DNA from: Podarcis melisellensis
Lineage: Eukaryota
Direction: 5' to 3' (one strand)
Length of the DNA: 64,000 bases
Assembly (NCBI GenBank): GCA_964234715.1
Contig: OZ174279.1
In this document: piece by piece, positions 1 to 12,717 of the stretch
Numbering within the stretch: position 1 is the first letter of the stretch
How the letters are laid out: the number at the start of each line of letters is the position of its first letter
The notes under the pieces: generated by a model
Database searches by the model: none
Seen by the model: the letters and a program-made list of their open reading frames with translations, nothing else
Told to the model about the DNA's origin: nothing
Program-made: the position numbers and the translations under genes

Positions 1-538
1 CTCACATCTCTCGTTCCTGCGTTCCAAATTTTTCGAGCTTTACCCAGCAATTTATTACCTTGTATCAATTCTTAAATTAAAGTTTCCCAATTTTATATCC
101 CTAATTTCAGATAATTTTACCCAAACCTTAAAAGCTTAAACTTTGACTTCATGTTTATCCAAAATTTATCTTATCCAATTTTTCCATTTATCTTCATATT
201 CCCTTTAACTAGTTTAATGGAACCATATTGTTATTAATCTTACATCTTTCTTAACATTCATACAATTTACAATACTTTTGTAAATAGTCCTTAAATTTTT
301 TCCAGTCCTCCTCCACGGCCTCTTCTCCCAGGTCTCGGATTCTGCCGGTCATTTCTACCAGTTCCATATAGTCTATCAGTTGCATCTGCCATTCTTCCAG
401 TGTGGGCAAATCTTGAGTTTTCCAGTGCTTGGCGACAAGTATCCTTGCTGCTGTTGTTGCATACATGAAAAATATTCGGTCCTTAACACCCTCTGGCCGA
501 CAATACCCAGAAGAAAGGCCTCTGGTTTCTATGACCAT
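1..538 (-). mobile_element. L1-clade LINE 3' fragment (ORF2 C-terminus plus A-rich 3' UTR)
   Basis: ORF 251..538 (FMYATTAARILVAKHWK...PTLEEW...DWKKFKDYL*) resembles the C-terminus of non-mammalian L1 ORF2, followed by A-rich sequence on the minus strand. Confidence 0.8.
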
Positions 539-3334
539 TTAGTTTTTAATCAGAATTTGGAATTTAATCAGAGTTTGAAACTGGCTTCACAATTCAATGT
601 TAAGAGCAAAGCATGGTTAGCTAGCACCGTGTAAGACTTAAGTGAAAATTTGTGTGCACAATGGGAAGTGCTGTCTTCTATACTCAACCCTTAACTGAAA
701 TTAAGGCATCGACAGTGTTTTGTCTGTATAGGCTCTTTAGGGTTTGCAATCTGCTTCCATTGAACTCCATTAAGAGGCTGCCAGCTAGGATCCAGATACA
801 TATTCAACTGTTCATGGGCTGAATGATTATAAGCATGGCATGTGCAGAGAAAGTAGCAGAAGGCATTTTTGCTCCTTTCGCTTTTAAGGAGTACATATGC
901 CTTGGTGTGTCCCACTGATAGCTGGAATATGTGTCAACAAAATTTCTGACTGCATTGCAAATACAGATAATCCTTCATTCCAGACCTTTTGGAACAGAGC
1001 CTCCAACTTTGAAGAAAGAATTTTCCTTTCCAGAGATTGGGGTGGGGGTGGGGAATATTTTAATAGAAATAATCCTTTCCTCTAGTTGAATGTCAAACTA
1101 GAATTACCACTGAAACCACATACCCCAAAGGCTTTCTGGCCCTTTTGCAACACTCATGCTTGTGTACTGCATACCATTGAATCAGAGGTAAAAATATATG
1201 GACACAAATATTCATTTATTGTCTGGAGCCTTTGTTTTTATGCCTCCACAGTGTTCCAGAATATTGTATTGAATGCATTTTGGGGAGGAGTTACTTGTTA
1301 CAATACCTCTGAAAGTAATAAGTTACACTGAAGCCTGCTGTAGACTGGTTGGATTATGTCTGAAGACTATTTAGAGTTCCCTAATTTGTAGAAAAGTTGT
1401 GTAGTGTGTGGCCATATATTTTTCTGGTTTTGTCGTTTACAGCCTAGGCAGCATGCTTCCAGCCATACCAGAAGATGGTGCAGTTTGCTAAAATCTATTT
1501 CCCTGTGAGCGTGTTCTAAGCAGCAAACTGACTCAGCGATTACGAGTTCTCATAATTCAATGCTTAGTAATGCCATAGATGGTAGTGATAATGTTGTACA
1601 GTGGTTAGCGTGCAGGGAAGAGCTGAGTTCAAATTCCTTCTTGGAACACTGCTGCCATAACCTCTTTCATATGGCTGAGATGAACTTTCACCGAATATTG
1701 AGTGAACTCAGGAAGCAAAAGGAGGGACATAACTAGCTCCTAAACTTATCTTATTTCTCTGCCACTGCTTGTTTTCACATGTGACAAATATGGCCATTGT
1801 GAGGCAGAAACAAGTGCTGAAGTCATTGCTGAAAAACAAAACGTAAAGCCCAATTTCAGCTATTGTTTTCCAATACAAAGAAAGGGCCTACCATTCCTCA
1901 AATGCTAAAGATTTATTTTCATATCAGTGGAGCTTTTTGTTTTCATTTTTGATGGGTGGTGGGGAATAATTAGAACAAAATGAATTTTGAACTTAGTGAA
2001 ATTATGCATGCATATAGAGCAGCCCATCAAATCCCAAACATTAAGGTTGAACTTCAGATTCTGCAACCAGTTAAAAACGCATCAACATATTGCACAAATC
2101 AGTGGGTTATTAGACTGATTTGGCAGGTCTTTCTCTCTAAACCTTATTCATTTTAGATCTAGACAGCAAAAAGGGAAATTGAAAATAAGGGCGCTAATTA
2201 CCCTTTTAACGTTAATACATTTAAATTAGTGATGCATCTTTACTGGAAGATAGCTGATTATCTAAATTTCTGGTGTGTTGTTTCCAGCATATTTCCTTCG
2301 TTTTGTGTTACTCTGTTTCTAAATATGTATCAGTGGATAGAAGTCTATATGCAATTAACTTTTCATTATCTTGCCAGTTTCATATGTTTGTATCATTTGT
2401 ATTGCACACTCGTGGTGCTAAAGTTGGAATACTCTTAGGAGGCTTAACAGAGCGCTTTCATATGTATCGTACTGAAAATTGTTCATGTATTTAAAATATT
2501 TATCTACTGCCCCTCATAAAAATAATATCAAGGTGGTGTATAATAAAACAGTTCCATACAAAACAACAGTTTTAAAATTCAGTACACAATAAAAACAATG
2601 CAATAAAAAACAAATTACAATTATCTAAAGCAAGTTGTCCATTAGTGTTAGGCAGAGCTGCTACAATGACTTAGTGGCAAGGATCGGAGTATCTCCCATT
2701 TTGCACTAAGAAAAAAGAGGTAAAGAACTACCGACTGCCACTATGTAGGGGAACACAGTTACAGCTCCCTTATTCATAACTGCAGACTGAGGTCATTGCA
2801 CATTAATGTGCTTTGCACAAAAACAACACTTTTTGCCCCAGAGAATGTTGATGGGGAGAGTTTCACTAATGAGGGAGATCTATGATATGGGATATTAGAA
2901 TTCATATTTTGTGGTATAGGGTCAAATAAAACATTTAGGTTATCCACACATCTCTTTGTTGAATAAGGAACTGGGAACTGGGAATCAACTTCAGCATCAT
3001 AAATGCACACAAGACAGTGATAACTGCAAAGTCATCATCTGCTTTCCAACTCCTGAGGTTCAACACTTGCAAAAACAAACAACCACGTCCAACCATGGTA
3101 CACTTGGTACCAATTCATCATTTTTTGTGTCTGCATGATTGGGTGGCAACATGGCACATTAAATTTAATGTAAACAAGACATCTTAATTTCACATATATG
3201 CTCATGGGATCTGAACTGGTGGTGACTGACCAGGAATGAGACCTTCATAGCAGATAACTCAGCCGTGAAAGAGGTTAATTCCAAGCTAGAGATCACTAGG
3301 AAAGGAATTGAAACTAAAACTGCAAATACCACAA

Positions 3335-3570
3335 TGTCATTATACAAATCTACAGTGTTACCTCATTTGGAATACTATGTGCAGTTCTGGTCAATGCACC
3401 TCAAAACGATATTGTAGAGTTTGAATTGGTTCAGAAAAGGGCAACCGAAACAATCAAGGAGATGGAGCAACTACACTATGATGAATGGCTGCGGCACATG
3501 GCATTTCTTAGTATACAGAGAAGGTGAGTAACAGGTGACGTTTTAGAAATCCATTTTAAAAAATACATAA
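3335..3570 (+). mobile_element. CR1 LINE ORF2 C-terminal fragment (degenerate)
   Basis: cctcatttggaatactatgtgcagttctgg encodes PHLEYYVQFW and gttcagaaaagggcaacc encodes VQKRAT, both typical CR1 motifs. Confidence 0.85.
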
Positions 3571-3626
3571 TGGTGTACCTTTCAATAGAGAAACTCTGAG
3601 ATGGTATAACGAATTGGGTCCCGTTA

Positions 3627-3867
3627 CAGTCAAACCTTGGTTGTAGAACGTAATCCGTTTCGGAAGACCATTCGACCTCTGAAACGTTCAACAACCGAGG
3701 CACGGCTTCTGATTGGTTGCGAGAGCTTCTTGCACTGAAGCAGAAGCCACATTGGATGTTCAGGTTCCAAAAAATGTTCAAAAACTGGAGCATTTACTTC
3801 CAGGTTTTCGGCATTTGGGAGCCGAAACGCACAATAACAGAGGCGTTCGGGAACAGAGGTTTGACTG
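3627..3867. mobile_element. Tc1/mariner-superfamily (Tigger/pogo-like) MITE
   Basis: TIRs CAGTCAAACCT...AGGTTTGACTG with TA on both sides (3625-3626 and 3868-3869). Confidence 0.85.
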
Positions 3868-4089
3868 TACTGCAAATACAATTTTTTTGGCTAAATTTCT
3901 TCTCTGTGCTAATGACACGAAAGCCTCTGGATAGTCTTGACAGGTGGTGTTCTTCTGTCTCATGTAATGGGTTCTAACATGAGAAACCAATATTGGTTTG
4001 ACAATAGAAGATACAACTTAGCAAGCTTGATGGTGAAAGTGTCCAATTTGAGTTATGATTGTTAGAGCTAAACAATGCATAGCTTGGAG

Positions 4090-4525
4090 CAAGTGGACAG
4101 AGAAATGTTTTTATTCCTCATAACGCTTGAACTCATGAACATCCATAGAAGCTGAATGTTAGAAGATGCAGGTCAGATAAAATGAAGTACTTTGTTACGC
4201 AGTGCATAGTTACAACTATGGAACTTATTCCCACAGGAGATAGTGATGGCCACCAACTAGCATAGCTTTAAAAGTGTTTAGACAAATTCATGGAAGATAA
4301 GTCTGCCAATGGCTACTAGGCATGATGGAGGCCATTTTCTGCCTCCACAGTAGGAATCAGTATGTGTATGAATACCATTTGCTGTAAACTACAGGAAGTG
4401 AGAGTGCTCTTGTGCTGGGGTCCTCCTTGCCAGGTCCATAGATATCTGGTTGACCACTGTAAGAACAGGGTGCTAGATTAAACGGGCTATTGGCCTGATG
4501 CAGCAGGCAGCTCTTATGTCCTTGA
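4090..4525 (+). mobile_element. CR1 LINE 3' end (continuation of the 3335-3570 fragment)
   Basis: tagacaaattcatggaagataagtct (LDKFMEDKS) followed by a 3' UTR ending ctcttatgtcctt. Confidence 0.8.
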
Positions 4526-5114
4526 ACTGCGTGGGAAAGTTTGAAGGGAGTTTTGCAACCTATGATGACTACTGGGTACCCTCTGTTATCTTCTTCAATA
4601 GGGTTGTTCCATGACAGATTCACACCTGTACAACATCTGTGCCACTGACACTCAAACTTTGGGACTGTTGAAATATATACAACAAAAAAGTAATCAATTT
4701 GAGTCATGTGACTCAAATTGGGTCTACTAGATCCAGAGTTTTTAAGCAATTTGGACTAAAGTCAATTCTGGGGCCTCTCCAAGCTTACTTTCATAGTAGA
4801 TCTGCCTCTGCTTATGGAGTTGTTGCAAGGAAAAAAGTGGGAACTATGTGCACTATCTTCAACTTCTTGGAGGAAAAGCAAGGCAGAAACACAAATATTA
4901 ATAAAATATATTTTCACGTCTCTATCCTATATCAAATATAAATTACAAAACAGCAGATTCTTCAGACACTTCATTGTTCCGCTTATGGTGATAGTTTAAG
5001 TAGCATTTATTAGCCACAAACTATGGGATTAATTTGCTTTCTAGTATATTTTACATATTAAAGAGTCACTACTATAGGCATGTATTTTCTTAGTGGTGTT
5101 TAACTTCAAAAATT

Positions 5115-5251
5115 GGCCTGCAGCCAATCAGAAGTTGTGGAAGCCACAATGGACGTTCAAGTTCCAAAGAACGTTTGTAAACTGGAACACTCACTTCCAG
5201 GTTTGTCAAAATGTTCGAGTCGTAAGGCATTTGTCAACCAAGGTACGACTG
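5115..5251. mobile_element. Partial copy of a MITE related to the 3627-3867 element
   Basis: Shares gaagccaca.tgga.gttca.gttccaaa...aaactgga.ca.t.acttccaggttt and ends aaccaaggtacgactg. Confidence 0.7.
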
Positions 5252-5446
5252 GAGGTTATACTCTCTTAAAACAGGGGAATAGAATAGAATTGCTTCATAA
5301 TTATTTTCTGGTATTATTATTATTATTATTACTTACTTACTAAATTTGTATACTACTCTTCATCTGTAGATTTCAGAGAGGTTCGTAATGTAAAAATACA
5401 ATATTGTAAACAGTCTCATAAAACAGAATATTTCCTTAAGCACTTT

Positions 5447-5548
5447 GGGCATGATCCAATCAAAGTTAAGCGCTTTTAAAAATCCTAATTGATTTTAGTG
5501 TAGAAATTAATTTGACTTAAAAGTGCTAGACTTTGCTGGATCTTGCCC
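5447..5548. repeat. Imperfect ~100-bp palindrome (MITE-like)
   Basis: Arms gggcatgatccaatcaaagttaagcgcttttaa and ttaaaagtgctagactttgctggatcttgccc are near reverse complements. Confidence 0.7.
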
Positions 5549-7681
5549 TATGTGCATTAACTATGAAGAAGTTCCTTTAGAATAACTTATGCTTCTTAAA
5601 ATTATCCTCATCATGTTTTTTCTTTGGAATGGTAGTTTCCTGCCTATTCATGAAATGTTTTAGCAACTTCAAAACATGTCTTAAGTTGTAACTGTATAAG
5701 ATGTGCATTCTCCCCATATTTATTCATGTGCATGTTCTGCATACGTATGCAACACCACAATACACAGCATGAATGTGATAATTAAACGGTGGGTGATTTA
5801 CTAATAATGTGAAGCTATCATCACTTTGTTGACATAAATATACTGTAAAGAACTAAAATTTATACAGAATAAGTAAATAGAATGCAACACACCCAGGCAT
5901 TATACAAAATACAATTTTATGCCATTTTAACTTGAATTCACAAGTGTCTCTTAAGTATTCATACCAGCCAAATGCTTTGTAGATAACTCAAAAGAAATAT
6001 CTCTGAATAGTGGCTCCCTAATGGTCTGTTTAATAGACGATTTTGGAGAATACTAAGAAGTAAAGAAGACAGGTACAGAACTGACTTTTTAGATTTGGAT
6101 GATATACTGCATATTAGTATGATATGGACTTAAATGAATAAAATCCTAAATATTTATAAATTCCAATGATGATTTCAGAACACGCAAATCCCAATAAAAA
6201 GTTTAATTTTGTGTTCTCTTCTATAAAAACTAATAGCTACATGTGTACTTAGATGTGTATAGATCAACATAAATTCTGGAAAGAATTTAATGTTCAAATG
6301 TTTTATTCTTTCCCACAAACCTCAGTTTGCACAATCAAATACCCATCTCCTACTAAGCTAGTCTTTAAGCATGTCATTTAGACAGCTAAATGCTCTGAAA
6401 ACTATGATTAAGTGTAATTCAGAGAATTGGGAGTATTATAATCTGTAATGAAAATTCAAGTCTGCTACTTGGCCTTTAATGACATGTTTATCGTCACCTC
6501 ACTGCTCTTAACCTCTATACTTGCACTTTTGGTTAATGTATTTGCCTACTGAATCATTGCCTTGCATCAAAAATTGTGCTTAAAACATCTGCAGTTATCT
6601 CATGTGTGATTTGTATTCTTTACATAGGCATATATTTAATTTTACTTATATTCTTTTGCATTGGGCATGAAATGTGGTAATGTGATACACCAGATGCACG
6701 GTAGTTTCGTAATATAACATTACATTTTTTCAACACAGGTGTGTGGGATGCTTAAATTAGTTAATTTGCAATCTGATCATAAATATTGACCTGACTTGTC
6801 ATTAATGAAGGATGAGCCTAATGATAAATTGTTAGACAAACATAGCAAATGCAAGCATGTGTGTACATAAGAAGTCATCTTGAGCTATATAACATTATCT
6901 GGCCTTGAGTAGTCCTATTTGTAATGATCCATAGTTTTGCACTTTGGTGCAGCTGGAATTGATCTCGTGAATGGTAATTATCCACCATTCCACATTGACT
7001 GTGATATTTGTTACAAAATGAAGCCAAATTGCCCATTAATAGAGTTAGATAATCTCAATACGTTGTATCATATGAGAAACCTGATTTTGTTTGACATTTA
7101 TTCATATATATTTTGTTAGCTAGGGATCAATATACTATCAGTTTTCTGTATGTGGTTAAAGTTTATGGAGGTTTCAGGAGATTAACTTTTAAAACTTAGG
7201 TCTTCTTAGGTCAACATTTAGAACTAGGTGCAACATACATCTAGTGAAGATTAAGGTGTATGTGGACCAAGTGTGTGAAGTGTCAGATTCCCATCTAAAT
7301 TCCAGAAAGTTGGTAAATCCAATGGCCTGTGGCATATGGGGTTCAGGAGGACTTTACACTTTACTTTGTTTCCCATGTTGCTTAACATTTACATTAAACT
7401 GCCAGAAGAGTTTGTCCAGTGGTTTGGGTGGCATCAGTATGCTGATGAGACCTTCATTCTTTTAACCTAATTCCATGGAGGCAGTGAAGGTCCTGGTCTG
7501 GTGTTTGAGATCTGTGAAGGACTGGATCTGAGTGAAAAACCAGAAACTTAATCCGGATGGATAGAAACACTTAGAGGTGTTTTGGGGGTTTTTTAAGTCA
7601 TGAAGAAAGTTATATGACATGTTTTGAATGTGGTTGCCCTTCCCGTGATGAACCAGGCTCATAGTTTTGAGTACTCTTCAA

Positions 7682-7776
7682 ATCAGCATTGATTCTTGAT
7701 CAATGGGGGCTATGGCCAGGATTGCTTTTGATCAGCAATTCTTGATCAGCAGGGGCTATGGCCAGGATTGCTTTTG
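7682..7776. repeat. Local tandem duplication (~46-49 bp, two copies)
   Basis: ttcttgatca...ggggctatggccaggattgcttttg occurs twice in tandem. Confidence 0.85.
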
Positions 7777-8347
7777 CTACGCTAACTCTGTGCTGTTCCA
7801 TAAAAGTCAGCTCCTACCACTATCACACATCCAGGTTGGATTACTTCAGCACATAGTATCTGAGTACACTTTTGAAGCATGCTCAGAAAATAATATATAC
7901 CCCTGCTGCTTCATCAGCTTCATTGCTTCATTATTGTTTCCAAGCTCCATTGTACTCATTATCTTCTGAGTCCTGAATGGTGAGACCAAGATATATAAGA
8001 GGCGGGTCTTCTGCTGCACAATCCTTTCCATCTGTGTAGATCTCTGGGGCAGTCTTTGCTTCATGTTCCACCATCAGCTGCTGGGTACATGGGAAGGCCA
8101 CCTAAGTTCTGAAGCTCCTTATCTTAAGAGGTCTGGTTGGTCCCTTCTTTGATAGTATAAAACAAAACAAAAAAAAGGTGTTACTCCATTGTTGGGTCTG
8201 GATAACTCCTCTTCTTAATGTTGATTTTATTAGATAATTCTTCATATATTTTAGTGTATTACTTTCTCTTGTAACTGATTTTTTTTAATATATTAAAATC
8301 TTTGTTAATTGGAGGATTCATTGATGGAACAGAAAGTATGGCGTATA

Positions 8348-8496
8348 CCATATTTTTACGTGTATAAGACTAGGTTTTTTTCCTAAAAAATAATGTCAAA
8401 AATTAGGGGGTGTCTTACAGTCTGAGCCATCTCCCCCAATTTTCTTAAATCTGAATCCCGGAAAATAGGGGGCGTCTTATAGATGGAAAAATATGG
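8348..8496. mobile_element. Tc1/mariner-superfamily MITE
   Basis: TIRs CCATATTTTT...AAAAATATGG with TA target duplication; internal repeated taggggg.gtctta. Confidence 0.85.
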
Positions 8497-9825
8497 TACT
8501 CTGTGGGATATGCTTGATTTGATAGGCCAGTGATAAAATGTGCATTAATTCACAGTGTGCAGAATTGATGGGAGTTGCAGTTATTTTTAATACACATTCT
8601 CATATGCACATGTATGTTAAGCTTACCTGCATTCTGTATTATCGGGCCATGCCCTTATTCTTCCACATGTTTGCATATATGGGACACCTATTCCATGGGA
8701 CAAAGTTTCTAATGTGCACCTAAGACAGTCAGTGGTCTGGAACACTTCACTGTTAAACGGTTTACTTTCTTAAACAAACAAACATCTGTGTCATTGTATG
8801 AATATAGCTGGTGGCAAAATATAATAACTCAGCGAAGGCAGAAGTACATTAAATAATAATAAAAAAGAATTTGTAGCTGTAATACTGTTGTCAAATACGG
8901 TGAAGATAAAGCAGGGGTGTTAGGAAGTTAAGCAGCTTTTTTGTTGGCAAGATGCCAAATTCAGTCTATATATTTGGTAAGATTTAGACATTGCATAGTC
9001 ATATCTCTCCTTTTTGTACCCCAATAGAATTTTGCTGAAAAGCTCTATTTTATCTTATGTCAGAAATGATCACAGGAATCTGTTTAATTGGGAAATACTT
9101 TTAAAATAGTTTCTAATTGGCATCAGAGAGTTGAAAGTTCAATTCAAAGGTGAGATCTAAGCTTCCTAATTAGATTGAATAGGCTTAAATAATAGTTTTA
9201 TTCATTACAGAGACAATATTTCAATGAAAAAATGCTCATATTAGAAGAGATTCTTCCACTGGGATCGTCAGTTTATTCTATAGTCAGATAAGAATGTATG
9301 CTGCTCTAAATCTATTTTTGTTTTAAGGCCACAAATAATTTTATTATCTACAGTTTACCATCAATTTAAGATAACTTTTTTTTATCAGAACAAAGCTGTC
9401 TCATTTTCTGCTGACAAGAACATTCTTATTTCAGATAATCTGCCTTTTTTAAAAAACAAAACAAAACCCAACAACCCTCAAGTATTATTTTCACTTGCAT
9501 AAAATTGTATTATGAACTTATTTCCCCCCTTCTTCCCCCCCTCCCAAATTGTTTGATGCGTCTGAAATGGAAGGATGAAGTAGAAGTCGCCACTTAAGCA
9601 GTGAAGGGTTATTCTTTGTAAATAATAGATCAAGAGCACCGGAGCTATATCTAATGGAGCCGTATGCAGCCTCCGTTTCAAGGACAGCGCGTGGTTGAAA
9701 AAACATAACCGCAGTTCATCCTATCTGTAACCTGTGGTCAGTTCTTTGCCACTGCCAGTCAAATATAACCCAGTAGACTTTTCAATGCTGTAAAATACCC
9801 TCACATAATTATATATAACTCTATC

Positions 9826-9826
<1 letters not shown>

Positions 9827-9869
<43 letters not shown>
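9827..9869. repeat. (ATCT)n microsatellite
   Basis: Directly visible. Confidence 0.95.
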
Positions 9870-9870
<1 letters not shown>

Positions 9871-10654
9871 AATGTTTACACATATATAAAACCATCACAT
9901 GTAAATAATGTTCAGTATTCTTGAAGAGATGAAAAGACTACAAACTTTTCAAAATATTTAATTTATTTTCCTTAAGGATTGTTGCGATAGAAGCACACCA
10001 AACCTGGAAGATTTCTCACAATGAGAATTAGTCCAACTTCGCAGTGTTGAAACAAATCCATTGAGTCTGCAGAACAGAAGCATTCTTGTATGTTGATTAA
10101 AATATCATTTTGCATTGCCTTAGTTTCGTTTTTAACAGTGGTAATAGTAGCCACATGCAGTTGCTGAAGGTCCATCCGAGAGGACCCTTTAAAAGTATGT
10201 ATAACTCTTGCTCCTGAAAGGTTTTAGAGCTTTGTTTTAAATGCTAGGGCACAATCCGCTGGGAAAGTTTTCCCACACAAATTCCACGGAAATCAATGGA
10301 AACCACACAAGAGCATGTACGTTTGAATGTGCGTGTTCTTGCGTAGGTTTCCTTCATTTCACTGGAGTTTGTGCAAGAAAACACCCCAGTGGATTATCTT
10401 ACTAGATTCAAAATGACTCTTTTGATTCAAACAAAAGATTAGAGACAGAGAATTGTCACTCAACCGAGTGTCACTGTTTATGTTTAGAACAATGTGGAAA
10501 AAGCACAAGAATCTGTCTCCGAGAAGATGGAGATGGAAACTGTTTCGCAAATATATTTTTGAAAATTCTTTCAGCTAATTTTTTAGCTTTACTGGGGAGT
10601 AAGAAAGAAATCAAAAGCAGTAATTTTAGACAGCAGTAATTTCAAATATTGGTT

Positions 10655-10744
10655 TATATTCCTTGCACACACTTACCTGGGAGTAAGTCCCACTGAAGAC
10701 TGTGACAGTTACTTCTGGGTAAAAATACACAGAATTGCACTGTA
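10655..10744. mobile_element. Short palindromic squamate repeat (MITE-like)
   Basis: cacttacctgggagtaagtcccactga...ttacttctgggtaa; related copies near 15343, 25718, 31005, 32110 and 51676. Confidence 0.65.
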
Positions 10745-12305
10745 ATAAACTAAAATACATGGCTAATTGAACATTTTTATTCATTTTTGGTTCATGAGAA
10801 GCTTTAGTCATTAGCAAATAATAGTGCAATAATATATTTTATGAATCGGTTTGATGATTACTCATGTAGTTTATAATTTATATAATTAATAATACTGATT
10901 TTTCAATAAGATATTGACAACCAGTCTGAGCCTCAAAAATTCAAGCTTCGATTCATCCATATTTTTGAACATCATCCATATTTTTGAACATTCTTCAATA
11001 TTTCCGTTATGAATGTGATCTGTTTTGTAAGAAGGCAGGATAAGTACTTGTGTCTCATAACCTTACTAAAGCTCCAAGAACTGTGCGCAACTTTTCAGGA
11101 ATTATTTTCCTTCCTGGTTTGTGTATCAACATGGTTGAAATAGTATCAGCGTGCTCAACAGAACCCTCCTCCTTTGCTTCCACATTTCCCATACTTGACT
11201 TCTTCCTAGCAAGGTTTTGCTTGGTAAAGACAAAACATTAGATCATGATTAGCTATCTTTGAAATAACTCCTGTGATGCGCATCGTCATGCCGGTTCTCG
11301 GCATTCTATTTGGGAATTTGTTAGTCGGTGCCGGGAAAAAAAGTCGGGTTGACAGCTAATAGATATCCCCACCATCAATTGTTTAGACATTTTTGTCTTT
11401 TGTGACATTGAGAAAAAGACAAGGAAGGGAATGGAAGCAACTAAAAAATGTCAAAAGATCAAAAAATCAATGGGCTGAAGGAATGTGATCTGTTTATCAG
11501 GGTGTAGCTGCTCTTTCTGTTTGCATTAAGTCCGAGTGAGTGTCTTTGGTAGCCAACTGAAGCTGCTTTCATTCACTCCCTAGGAGATGTAATACAAGCA
11601 TGAAAGTTACGATGTCTCACAAAGCAGACACAAGAACAAAAAAAAATTTCGTTAAATCAGCAGCTTGGTATTACGTGTGCGTGTTTCCCCCCACAGTTGT
11701 GTTAAGGCTGCTATCCTCCCCACAAATTAATTGTTGAGTACTGCATACGTTCCATTTTGGTTTTAAGTGTTTTAAGGTGAAGGGAAGATATTTTTAAGTT
11801 CTTGTTTTTGAAAACATCAATAAAATGAAATGGGTTTAATAGTTCAGTTAGTGAAGTTCAAGGAGATGATTGAAGACATGTGCTTTCAGGTTTTGACAGG
11901 TAGTATAAAGTCTTTGAGTGGACTTCTCCCTTTGCTTTAATGGAAGAGGAGTTGGGTTTGCTTTATCTGAGATGGGAAAAATGCAAATGGAAGGATTTCC
12001 CCCCCTAAAGTGTTTTACTGCTTGCTACTGTTTTAAAGACACTAGTTAGTCTAAAGCTGCAATGCCCATGATTCCTTCATTTCTCTAGATGTCGGTGTGT
12101 GTCCTTTCTCTCTTGCTCTCCTCCCCCCCCCTCAGTTCTATGCCAGCCTATAAGAACCGATGAGTAGACAAGGCAGTGGTCCAATCTGGTGGACAAATTT
12201 CTCATCCCTTCTAGTTTCTGTGTGATAGGAAGTATGGCAGGGGCTGCATATTTTATAAACTTTCTATTAAAGTTGTGGCATGTTATCATAAAAATGAATT
12301 ACGAT

Positions 12306-12717
12306 NNNNNNNNNNNNNNNNNNNNNNNNNNNNNNNNNNNNNNNNNNNNNNNNNNNNNNNNNNNNNNNNNNNNNNNNNNNNNNNNNNNNNNNNNNNNNNN
12401 NNNNNNNNNNNNNNNNNNNNNNNNNNNNNNNNNNNNNNNNNNNNNNNNNNNNNNNNNNNNNNNNNNNNNNNNNNNNNNNNNNNNNNNNNNNNNNNNNNNN
12501 NNNNNNNNNNNNNNNNNNNNNNNNNNNNNNNNNNNNNNNNNNNNNNNNNNNNNNNNNNNNNNNNNNNNNNNNNNNNNNNNNNNNNNNNNNNNNNNNNNNN
12601 NNNNNNNNNNNNNNNNNNNNNNNNNNNNNNNNNNNNNNNNNNNNNNNNNNNNNNNNNNNNNNNNNNNNNNNNNNNNNNNNNNNNNNNNNNNNNNNNNNNN
12701 NNNNNNNNNNNNNNNNN
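12306..12717. other. Assembly gap (others: 13427-13686, 18875-19078, 19229-19465, 31644-31805, 39114-39493, 58858-58995)
   Basis: Runs of N. Confidence 0.99.

Noticed and set aside
3476-5343. Overlapping ORFs at 3476-3990 and the similar ORF 5113..5343
   Set aside because: They derive from non-coding MITE sequence and show no transposase motifs.
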